Below, piece after piece: positions 18,731-26,364 of a stretch of DNA of 32,000 nucleotides. Origin of the DNA: Nitrosopumilus maritimus SCM1 (GTDB lineage Archaea; Thermoproteota; Nitrososphaeria; Nitrososphaerales; Nitrosopumilaceae). The stretch lies in contig NC_010085.1 of the NCBI RefSeq assembly GCF_000018465.1, positions 60,001 through 92,000 of the forward strand, written 5' to 3'. The notes under the pieces were generated by a model. It was not told the DNA's origin. It made no database searches and saw only the letters and a list, made by a program, of their open reading frames with translations. The position numbers and the translations under genes are program-made. Position 1 is the first letter of the stretch, and the number at the start of each line of letters is the position of its first letter.

Positions 18731-18943
18731 TTCATAATTGCTACCTTTATTCTATTAATAAAAATTTCATTATCTCCTATCATTTTATTTACATAAAATT
18801 AGATCGCATAATTGTTAATTTCAAATTGTCATCCTCAAATTTTTCTTATTTTGAATATATTGTCTCATAATTGACTTGACTACTGCAAAATCTACGGTTA
18901 AACCACTGATTAACTAAATTAGTAGGATGATCGCAGTTTCGTT

Positions 18944-19882
18944 ATGTCATGTATTGATGTTAATCATCTATCAAAATCATATGGCTCCCTAAAAGCAGTA
19001 GATGATATTGTTTTATCAGTAAAACCTGGCCAAGTATTTGGATTTTTAGGCCCAAATGGTGCTGGAAAATCAACTACTATCAAATTACTCACAACTCTGA
19101 TTCCTCCCTCAAACGGCTCCCTTGAGATATTGGGAATCGATGCAATCAAAAATCCATTAGAAATACGCCACAAAATTGGAGTAGTCTTACAACAACCTAG
19201 CTATGAGCCCACCTTGTCTGTTGAAAAATCCCTTGACAAGTATGGAATGATGTGGGATGTTCCCAAAATTCAACGTAAGGAAAGAATGGAACAACTCATG
19301 AAAGATTTTGACCTAGTTGAGATCAGAAAAAAAAGAAATGAAGATTTGTCTATTGGTCAGCGAAGGCGAGTGCAAGTCGCACGTGAATTCATGCATGATA
19401 TGGATTTGTTATTTTTAGATGAACCTACAGTTGGATTAGATCCTAGTGCAAGACGAAAATTGTTGGATTATTTAAAAAATAAAGTTAAAACTGGATTGAC
19501 AATTTTCTATACCACTCACATTCTAACAGAGGCAGAATATCTCTGTGATGAAATTGCAATTATTGATAAAGGTAAAATTGTAACTGTTGATTCTCCTGAA
19601 GCATTAAAAAGTAAATTTGGAAAAGAAAAAACTATTAAAATTCATTTATTGGAAAAAAACTCTAAAATTCTTGATTTACTAGAAGGAATTTCTGATTGTA
19701 AAATAAATTTTGAATCTGGAACAAATATTGTAATCCATTCTGAACAATCTGAATTAGTTTTGTTAAAAGTTTTGAAAATACTGAATGATAATGACATTGA
19801 GATAGAAGATCTTTCTGCAATTCCAACAAATCTTGAAGAAATATTCCTAAAAATGGTGAGAGAAAATGAATCCAATAATTAG
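18944..19882 (+). CDS. ABC transporter ATP-binding protein (ABC-2/DrrA-like exporter subfamily)
   Basis: 312 aa with Walker A (GPNGAGKST), a signature-like LSIGQRRR, Walker B (LLFLDEPTVGLD) and an H-loop (TTHIL). Confidence 0.9.
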   Translation: MSCIDVNHLSKSYGSLKAVDDIVLSVKPGQVFGFLGPNGAGKSTTIKLLTTLIPPSNGSLEILGIDAIKNPLEIRHKIGVVLQQPSYEPTLSVEKSLDKYGMMWDVPKIQRKERMEQLMKDFDLVEIRKKRNEDLSIGQRRRVQVAREFMHDMDLLFLDEPTVGLDPSARRKLLDYLKNKVKTGLTIFYTTHILTEAEYLCDEIAIIDKGKIVTVDSPEALKSKFGKEKTIKIHLLEKNSKILDLLEGISDCKINFESGTNIVIHSEQSELVLLKVLKILNDNDIEIEDLSAIPTNLEEIFLKMVRENESNN

Positions 19883-20627
19883 ACTAGTAAACAGAAATCT
19901 TACAATTTCCTTAAATCCTGGATTTTTAATTTGGCAGGTAATCTTTCCTTTGATCTATATCTTTGTAGCAGGTTTTGCATATGCACCATTAATTCAAAAT
20001 GTGCCATTTGGTGCAAAAGATCTTGATTATCCAGCATTTCTTGCATCAGGTATGATTGGATTCAACATAATGAATAGTACCTTAGTTTCTGGAATCATAA
20101 TCTGGAATGATCGAAGACATGGAATGTTTGAACAAATAATGTCTGGCCCATTTACAAGAAGTCATTACATTCTTAGCAATATTTGCACTATAGGCATAAT
20201 TGGTTTAGTTAGTGCTTCATTGATTGCTTTAGTAGGGTATCCAGTATTTTTTGAATCTGTAGAATTTTCATTAATTACAATCCCTGTGATTGTTTTTGGT
20301 GCTATTACTGGTTCAGTTTTATTTGGTTCATTGGCATCTATAATTTCAACGAGATTACGTTCTAGTGAAGGATTTAACGTAATCATTAACACAGTCTTTT
20401 TATTTTTTGCATTTGTTAGTTCAGCATTTTACCCTGCTGATAATGTACCTGAGCCGTTACGTACTGCATTTTATCTAAATCCTTTAACCTATCTAGTTGA
20501 TGTAATCCGAGCAGGAATTTTTGGGAATATTACAGAATTTGTTATTGTTGAAATGTTGGTACTTGTCGGAATTGCTTCAGCACTATTTATTGTTGCATCA
20601 AAACTTCTGACTAAATTAGATTTCTAG
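19866..20627 (+). CDS. ABC-2 type transporter permease
   Basis: 253 aa and hydrophobic, with about 6 predicted helices. Its start overlaps the ATPase gene by 17 nt, as is typical of ABC-2 exporter pairs. Confidence 0.8.
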   Translation: MNPIIRLVNRNLTISLNPGFLIWQVIFPLIYIFVAGFAYAPLIQNVPFGAKDLDYPAFLASGMIGFNIMNSTLVSGIIIWNDRRHGMFEQIMSGPFTRSHYILSNICTIGIIGLVSASLIALVGYPVFFESVEFSLITIPVIVFGAITGSVLFGSLASIISTRLRSSEGFNVIINTVFLFFAFVSSAFYPADNVPEPLRTAFYLNPLTYLVDVIRAGIFGNITEFVIVEMLVLVGIASALFIVASKLLTKLDF

Positions 20628-20632
20628 AAAAT

Positions 20633-21373
20633 CTAATTATTCTTAAAGTTCTCATACATCTCATTAATTTTTTTAATTACGTCTAAATTTTCATACTCAA
20701 TTAAACTAAGATTTGGTATAACACAATGTCCTCCGATTATTCCTGGATACATTTTTGGTCTATTTCCTAAATTCTCATGTATTTCATCTGCAAATTTCCA
20801 CATTTCATCAAAATCGATTCCTTCCTTTTCACAAATCATCTTTGTTATCTGCGCATAATTAATGAGCCATCCATAATACGATGTATCAACTAAGATTTTT
20901 GCAAGTTCACCTGTCTTTGTTGTTGACATCCAATCAACCTTCTGGAATCTTTTTTCTAAATCTAATTTGATGTCAGGATCGATTTCATTGTTATCTGAAG
21001 CAATAAATTTTGTATATTTTTTGATGTCATCTAAGAATCTTCTATGAACACCCCGAACTGGTGAAAATAAAACTGGAACACTGGATTTTTCTTGTATGTT
21101 TTTTGTAGTACCTGGTCTTACAGTAGAATGTACAATTATTGCCTTTAGATCTTTTAATTTTGGAATCCAACTTAATGTAATATCTACAAATTCTGTAAGT
21201 TCACCTGGAAGACAAATATGAAGATATTCTGGATTTTTGATTGTATCATTTTCTGAATAATTTTTACATTTTGAAGATTCTATGTCAATACCAACACAAT
21301 CAAAATTTCTTTCCTCTAGTAATCCAAACAGAGTTTCACCTACTTCTCCCATGCCTAATACTATGTCTGACAT
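20633..21373 (-). CDS. UDP-glucose/GDP-mannose dehydrogenase-family protein, short form lacking the C-terminal nucleotide-sugar-binding domain
   Basis: 246 aa. It has GMGEVG (GxGxxG), HICLPG, HSTVRPGTT, a central helical segment (ELAKILVDTSYYGWLINYAQITKMICEKEGIDFDE) and GGHCVIPN, the equivalent of the catalytic GGxCxPKD Cys motif. The ORF ends about 25 aa after that motif. Confidence 0.55.
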   Translation of the reverse strand: MSDIVLGMGEVGETLFGLLEERNFDCVGIDIESSKCKNYSENDTIKNPEYLHICLPGELTEFVDITLSWIPKLKDLKAIIVHSTVRPGTTKNIQEKSSVPVLFSPVRGVHRRFLDDIKKYTKFIASDNNEIDPDIKLDLEKRFQKVDWMSTTKTGELAKILVDTSYYGWLINYAQITKMICEKEGIDFDEMWKFADEIHENLGNRPKMYPGIIGGHCVIPNLSLIEYENLDVIKKINEMYENFKNN

Positions 21374-21438
21374 ATCTAATTTCAGAAAAATACCTCATGC
21401 TATATTCATGTTACAGTTTTTTTATTTTTTAGATAAAA

Positions 21439-21511
21439 TAGCCCGAGGCAGATTCGAACTGCCGTCACGGGCTCCAAAGGCCCATATGCTTGACCTCTAC
21501 ACTATCGGGCT
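21439..21511 (-). tRNA. tRNA-Gln (anticodon UUG)
   Basis: I folded the minus-strand sequence by hand. Acceptor stem AGCCCGA/TCGGGCT (A1-U72). D arm GTGT-AGAGGTCAA-GCAT. Anticodon stem TGGGC/GCCCG with loop CTTTGGA, giving anticodon TTG. 4-nt variable loop. T arm GGCAG-TTCGAAT-CTGCC. Discriminator A. No encoded CCA. Confidence 0.85.
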
Positions 21512-21547
21512 GTTAACTCGAGCACGCTAACTCCCTTAATGAACTTT

Positions 21548-22600
21548 TTATTCTAACTTGCCTAAAACTAAACTAATTCCTGATACTCTAATTAATTTAT
21601 CAATAGGGTCTTCCATTTGATTTAGAATCTTTTTTGCTTTTTGTTGATTTAATTGCTTTTTAGATTCAAAAAACTTTGTTATTTGTTTTGAAACCCTCTT
21701 TGGATTTGTTTCTCTTTTAACTAATCGTTTTTTCACCAAAAAATTTTCTATGAGATTTGGAACCGCATTATATGATATTGTAGGAACTCCCATCAATGCA
21801 GACTCTGCAGTCATAGTGCCACCTGAACCAATGAAAACATCTGTATTCTTTAACAAATACTTTCCATCAAATGACATTTTTACAACTTTAGCGTCTTTAC
21901 CTACTTTCTTTTGCAATTTTTGAATTTGTTCTGTATATCTACCCAAAATAACAATATTTTCATCACTAAATTGAGAAATTATATTTTCAATAATTGGAAT
22001 GATTTTATTTGATTTTTTAGTATATGCTGCTTCCTCTTCTTCTATTCTTATCAAAATATTCTTTTTATGATTATTTTTAAATGGAAGTCGTACACTTTGA
22101 TTTGTTTTTCTTTTTATTGTGACCGCCGCGTCAATTGATTTGTATGAAATAATATTTTTTTCATTTATGCCAAATTTTGAAAATTCTTTCTTTGGAATTG
22201 TATAAGGGATTAGAAGTTTCTGAATTAATGGTAATGTTAATCTCATCACTGCCTCTGCGTGTGGTGAATCACAAAATGCTATGTGTTTAATTCCTAATCC
22301 GAATGAAATTCTTGCAGCTTCAGGTGAGCAAAAACTAATTACAAGATCTGGTGAAAATGCTTCAATTTTTCTAGTAAGCTTTTCCATTCTCTCAATTCCT
22401 GCTTTTAGTTTGGAATTTTTACTTCCTCCACCATGTTTGCCTACAAAAATCAGGTCAAAATTACGAATTTTTGCTAATTTTGAAACTTCTTCATAATCTC
22501 TAGAAGTACATAAAATCCTGTTTTTTTTACCTAATTTCTCAATTATTGGTTCAGAAAACAATAATTGTTTTGGAGTTAGAATATCTATCCATATTTTCAA
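21548..22600 (-). CDS. DUF354-family protein (GT-B/epimerase-like fold, function unknown)
   Basis: 350 aa. The N-terminus MKIWIDILTPKQ...ARDYEE-like...GKHGG...SFCSPEAARISFGLGI...DSPHAE matches my recollection of archaeal DUF354 proteins. The assignment is from memory and no HMM was run. Confidence 0.55.
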   Translation of the reverse strand: MKIWIDILTPKQLLFSEPIIEKLGKKNRILCTSRDYEEVSKLAKIRNFDLIFVGKHGGGSKNSKLKAGIERMEKLTRKIEAFSPDLVISFCSPEAARISFGLGIKHIAFCDSPHAEAVMRLTLPLIQKLLIPYTIPKKEFSKFGINEKNIISYKSIDAAVTIKRKTNQSVRLPFKNNHKKNILIRIEEEEAAYTKKSNKIIPIIENIISQFSDENIVILGRYTEQIQKLQKKVGKDAKVVKMSFDGKYLLKNTDVFIGSGGTMTAESALMGVPTISYNAVPNLIENFLVKKRLVKRETNPKRVSKQITKFFESKKQLNQQKAKKILNQMEDPIDKLIRVSGISLVLGKLE

Positions 22601-22663
22601 GTAATTTTCATAATTGAAGTTAGTTCAATAAGTTTTTCTTAGTCTAATCCTAAGCTTAGTGTA

Positions 22664-23803
22664 ATGGGGGGAACAAAAATTGTTGTTTATGGCCTTAGTA
22701 CAGAAGGATACGCCATTGCATCACAAATGGCCATTAAAGGAGCAGATGTTTACATAATTGACGAATCAACCCCATCTGCAATTTCATTAAAAGCAGAGAT
22801 TGCTAAAACATATCCTAATGTTTCATCTCTAAAAGAAGATGAGCCATTATTAGCTATGGAGCCAATTGAAGTAGCAATTTCTAAAGCTCAATACTTGTTT
22901 TTTACCCCAAGAATTAGAAAAACTGGACAAGATATCAAAACTGAAATTCATTCAAAATTCAAGGACGCTACTGCATCTTTAAAGAAAAAGAGCTCTGTTG
23001 TTTTTACTCTTCCTACAGGATTTGGTGGAAATAATGAAAACATTTCTTTACTTGAACATGTTACAGGATTAGAAGTCGGAAAGGATATTTCATATTTTTA
23101 TTATCCTTTGGAAGGTATTGAACAACAACCAAAAATTATTGGTTCCTTTAATGGTAAAAAAGACTCTGTACTATCTGATTTACTAACTACCGGAAAAAAA
23201 GAGAAAAACTTTGTTGCGATTTCATCTTCTGAACATTTTCATGCAATCAATGTACTCTCAAGATTTTCAAGCTTGTGTAGTGTATTGGAAGTTTGTAAAT
23301 ATGCTCAAGATGAAATTACTAAAAATGATCTATCTTCTGATGATTTTCAAGAAATATTCCTTGATGACATGGTAGGAGGTTTACTGGATCTAAAATCTTT
23401 AGGCTCATCTTTTGAAGGTGCAAATACACTCATGTATCTAATTAATGGTAGTGTCAAGGGAATTGATGGTTACATCAAACGATTAATTGATGAAATTCGT
23501 GCAACATTGAAGAAAAATGATCTTAAAGCTAGTAGAACTAAAATCGCATTATCTTGGACACTTGATCAACATTCAATGCGAGGAGATAAAATTGAAATGC
23601 TACAAAATCTAACTTCTAGATTACGTGATTATATTGGTGATGTAGAAGCATATGAAGATCCAAACTTTGATCTATTTCATAGTGATAAAACAACAATTGT
23701 TGTGGCTTGCTCAAAATCTGATTTTACAAATATTGAAAAAACTAAACAAGATTCTGATTTAATTATTGTCAAAGCAAACCCTCTATGCGAAACAATTCAA
23801 TAA
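22664..23803 (+). CDS. degenerate UDP-sugar dehydrogenase-like protein (three-domain layout, catalytic motifs lost)
   Basis: 379 aa, apparently collinear with UDP-glucose/GDP-mannose dehydrogenases. The dinucleotide motif reads GLSTEG instead of GxGxxG. The Cys-motif position reads GGLLDLK, with no Cys. The C-terminal KIALSWTLDQHSMRGDK replaces the usual GLAFKxxTDDxRES. Homology is inferred by eye. Confidence 0.4.
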   Translation: MGGTKIVVYGLSTEGYAIASQMAIKGADVYIIDESTPSAISLKAEIAKTYPNVSSLKEDEPLLAMEPIEVAISKAQYLFFTPRIRKTGQDIKTEIHSKFKDATASLKKKSSVVFTLPTGFGGNNENISLLEHVTGLEVGKDISYFYYPLEGIEQQPKIIGSFNGKKDSVLSDLLTTGKKEKNFVAISSSEHFHAINVLSRFSSLCSVLEVCKYAQDEITKNDLSSDDFQEIFLDDMVGGLLDLKSLGSSFEGANTLMYLINGSVKGIDGYIKRLIDEIRATLKKNDLKASRTKIALSWTLDQHSMRGDKIEMLQNLTSRLRDYIGDVEAYEDPNFDLFHSDKTTIVVACSKSDFTNIEKTKQDSDLIIVKANPLCETIQ

Positions 23804-23806
23804 TAG

Positions 23807-23814
23807 TATAAATT
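23807..23814 (+). promoter_or_regulatory. TATA-like box (TATAAATT) upstream of grpE
   Basis: Centred about 28 nt upstream of the grpE start codon (TTG at 23839). This is the same spacing as the boxes upstream of cbiA and dnaJ. Confidence 0.3.
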
Positions 23815-23838
23815 AGCTAAACAAGTATTCTGTTTGAA

Positions 23839-24402
23839 TTGTCCAATGATAATGAATCGGATGAAATTCCTGTAAATGTTGTAACTGAGAATAAAGATGA
23901 TGAACCTAAAAAAGAATCTGAATCTTTAGAAACAGTTCAAGAAAATTTTTCAGAGTTATTGGATGCAGAAAAACAAAAAACTTCAGAATGTGAAGAAAAA
24001 TTAAAACATATTTTAGCCGATTTTCAAAATCTTACTAGAAAAACACAATCTGACATTCAAAATGGTGTTAATGCTAAAGTTGATGAATTTCTATTAGATT
24101 TTCTAAAAATCTATGATGATTTCATTCGTGCTAGAGATGTATTTTCTGAAAATAAAATCAACACTGAAGGTCTTGATTCAATTTTAAAAAATATGGATTC
24201 TTTATTGAAAAAATATAATGTAACTGCAATTGATGCGTTGGGGGAAATTTTTGATCCTAATCATCACGAAGCTATATCTGTAATCACTGATCCTGATTTA
24301 GATGACAATACAATTACCAAAGAGATCAGGAAGGGATATATTTCTCAAAACAGAGTCATAAGAACAACATTAGTAGAAATTTCAAAAAAGGATGATAATT
24401 AA
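23839..24402 (+). CDS. grpE: nucleotide exchange factor GrpE
   Basis: 187 aa. An acidic N-terminus is followed by a coiled-coil segment ending [11 protein letters not shown], then [10 protein letters not shown] and [16 protein letters not shown], typical of GrpE. TTG is the only plausible start because the frame opens at 23821 and has no in-frame ATG nearby. Confidence 0.9.
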   Translation: MSNDNESDEIPVNVVTENKDDEPKKESESLETVQENFSELLDAEKQKTSECEEKLKHILADFQNLTRKTQSDIQNGVNAKVDEFLLDFLKIYDDFIRARDVFSENKINTEGLDSILKNMDSLLKKYNVTAIDALGEIFDPNHHEAISVITDPDLDDNTITKEIRKGYISQNRVIRTTLVEISKKDDN

Positions 24403-24404
24403 AA

Positions 24405-26315
24405 ATGGGCAAAGTAATAGGTATCGATTTAGGAACAAGTAACTCTGCTGCTGCAGTTATGATGGGTGGAAAACCAACAATTATTCCTGCAGCAGAAGGT
24501 CAAACTGCAGCTGGAAAGGCATTTCCATCAGTAGTTGCTTTTTCTAAAGAAGGAGAACTCTTAGTTGGTGAACCTGCTCGTAGACAAGCAGTTACAAATC
24601 CCGATAATACAATTATTGCCGCAAAACGAAAAATGGGTTCTGATTATACCTTTAAAATTCAAGATAAAGAATACAAACCTCAACAAATCTCTTCATTCAT
24701 TCTACAAAAAATAAAAAAAGATGCTGAGGCGTTTGTTGGAGAAACTGTGGAAAAAGCAGTTATTACGGTTCCAGCATATTTTGATGACAATCAACGTCAA
24801 GCAACAAAAGATGCAGGGACAATTGCCGGTCTTGATGTTGTTAGAATAATTAATGAACCAACTGCAGCATCATTGGCATTTGGATTAGATAAAGCAAAAG
24901 AAGACATGAAAATTCTCGTCTTTGACTTTGGTGGTGGTACTCTAGATGTTACTATCATGGAAATGGGTGGTGGTGTTTTTGAAGTAATGAGTACTTCAGG
25001 TGATACACAACTTGGTGGAACTGATATGGATAAAGTTTTGATTGATTACATTGTTGATGAATTCAAGAAAAAAGAAGGAGTCGATCTCTCTCAAGACACA
25101 ACTGCAATGACAAGAATAAGAGAAGCTGCAGAAAAAGCAAAAATTGAATTATCTACTGTAATGGAGACTGATGTTAATCTACCATTTATTGCACATGATC
25201 CATCATCTGGCGCAAAGAATCTTGAATTAAGATTAACCAGATCCAAACTTGATGAATTAATTGGACCTATTGTAGATCGTTGTAAACCTTCTATTCAAAA
25301 AGCACTTGAAGATGCAAAACTCTCAAATTCTGATATTAACAAAATAGTTATGATTGGTGGTCCAACAAGAATTCCATTAGTCAAAAAATTTGTTAGTGAA
25401 GTTATAGGCAAAGAAGTTGAATCTGGTGTTGATCCTATGGAAGCAGTTGCTATGGGTGCTGCAATACAGGCAGGAATTATTGCTGGTGATGTAACCAGTG
25501 ACATTGTTCTACTTGATGTAACCCCATTAACACTGGGAATTGAAACCCTTGGGGGAGTTAGAGAACCTCTTATCGAAAGAAATACTACCATTCCAACATC
25601 AAAAGGCAAAGTGTTTACAACTGCTGCTGATAATCAAACAGCTGTTACCATTCATGTAGTTCAAGGAGAAAGACCTATGGCAACCGATAATGTATCATTA
25701 GGAAGCTTTAATCTTACTGATTTGCCTCCTGCTCCAAGAGGCGTTCCTCAAATTGAAGTAAAATTCGATATTGATGCAAACGGAATCATAAATGTAACTG
25801 CAAAAGATCTTGGTACTCAAAAGGAAGCAAAAATTACTATTGAAACTAAAACTAAACTTTCTGAAGAAGAGATTGAAAAATTAAAAGAAGATGCTGAAAA
25901 ATTCTCTGAAGAAGATAAAAAGAAGAAAGAAAAAATTGATCTCAAAAACGAAGCAGAAAGTTACATTTACACAACTGAAAAGTTGGTCAATCATGATCTC
26001 AAGGATAAAATTTCCCAAGAGCAAGGAATTAAGATCACTGATGCTGTAAAAGAAGTCAAAGAAGTTTTAGACAAAGAACCTGAGGAATTAAAACCAAAAC
26101 TAGAAGCATTACAATCAATAGTAAATGAAGTAACTACCGAACTCTACAAGAACGCTGCTCCTCCACCTGGTGCTGATGGACAACAAGGTGCTGATGGACA
26201 ACAAGGTGCTGATGGACAACAAGGTGCTGATGGACAACAAGGTGCTGATGGACAACAAGGTGCTGATGGACAAACAACAGAATCATCTTCAAATGACGAA
26301 ACAAAAACTAACTAA
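24405..26315 (+). CDS. dnaK: molecular chaperone DnaK (Hsp70)
   Basis: 636 aa with [26 protein letters not shown] and the substrate-binding domain [10 protein letters not shown]. The C-terminal tail carries a (GADGQQ) tandem repeat. Confidence 0.97.
   Translation: MGKVIGIDLGTSNSAAAVMMGGKPTIIPAAEGQTAAGKAFPSVVAFSKEGELLVGEPARRQAVTNPDNTIIAAKRKMGSDYTFKIQDKEYKPQQISSFILQKIKKDAEAFVGETVEKAVITVPAYFDDNQRQATKDAGTIAGLDVVRIINEPTAASLAFGLDKAKEDMKILVFDFGGGTLDVTIMEMGGGVFEVMSTSGDTQLGGTDMDKVLIDYIVDEFKKKEGVDLSQDTTAMTRIREAAEKAKIELSTVMETDVNLPFIAHDPSSGAKNLELRLTRSKLDELIGPIVDRCKPSIQKALEDAKLSNSDINKIVMIGGPTRIPLVKKFVSEVIGKEVESGVDPMEAVAMGAAIQAGIIAGDVTSDIVLLDVTPLTLGIETLGGVREPLIERNTTIPTSKGKVFTTAADNQTAVTIHVVQGERPMATDNVSLGSFNLTDLPPAPRGVPQIEVKFDIDANGIINVTAKDLGTQKEAKITIETKTKLSEEEIEKLKEDAEKFSEEDKKKKEKIDLKNEAESYIYTTEKLVNHDLKDKISQEQGIKITDAVKEVKEVLDKEPEELKPKLEALQSIVNEVTTELYKNAAPPPGADGQQGADGQQGADGQQGADGQQGADGQQGADGQTTESSSNDETKTN
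26169..26273 (+). repeat. perfect 18-bp tandem repeat (GGTGCTGATGGACAACAA), about 5.8 copies, inside the dnaK 3' end
   Basis: Counted directly: five identical 18-bp units starting at 26169, 26187, 26205, 26223 and 26241, plus 15 identical nt of a sixth unit. In the dnaK frame it encodes GADGQQ x5 followed by GADGQ. Confidence 0.95.
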
Positions 26316-26332
26316 TTCTCTAAATTCAACCA

Positions 26333-26340
26333 TTTATACA
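26333..26340 (+). promoter_or_regulatory. TATA-like box (TTTATACA) upstream of dnaJ
   Basis: Centred about 28 nt upstream of the dnaJ ATG at 26365, in the 49-nt dnaK-dnaJ spacer. This suggests an internal promoter. Pattern call only. Confidence 0.3.
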
Positions 26341-26364
26341 GTAATTAGAATAAAGGAATGATTC

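Noticed and set aside
18731-18943. Replication origin next to the RPA-like gene.
   Set aside because: There is no adjacent orc1/cdc6 gene, no long inverted ORB-like repeats and no extended AT-rich unwinding element beyond the background composition. I therefore kept the region only as a possible regulatory region.
21400-21560. tRNA-Gln (and tRNA-Leu at 28221-28305) as integration sites for a mobile element, with an intron or extended tRNA in the GC-richer stretch 21512-21535.
   Set aside because: No integrase or recombinase gene is present, and I noticed no direct repeat of the tRNA 3' half nearby. The flanking genes are housekeeping or glycan-type genes. A complete canonical cloverleaf is obtained without the flanking stretch, so no intron needs to be invoked.
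26170-26361. 63-aa [16 protein letters not shown]... listed in the ORF track.
   Set aside because: It is the +1 frame of the dnaK 18-bp tandem repeat and is an artefact of the repeat periodicity. The dnaK frame is unambiguous.
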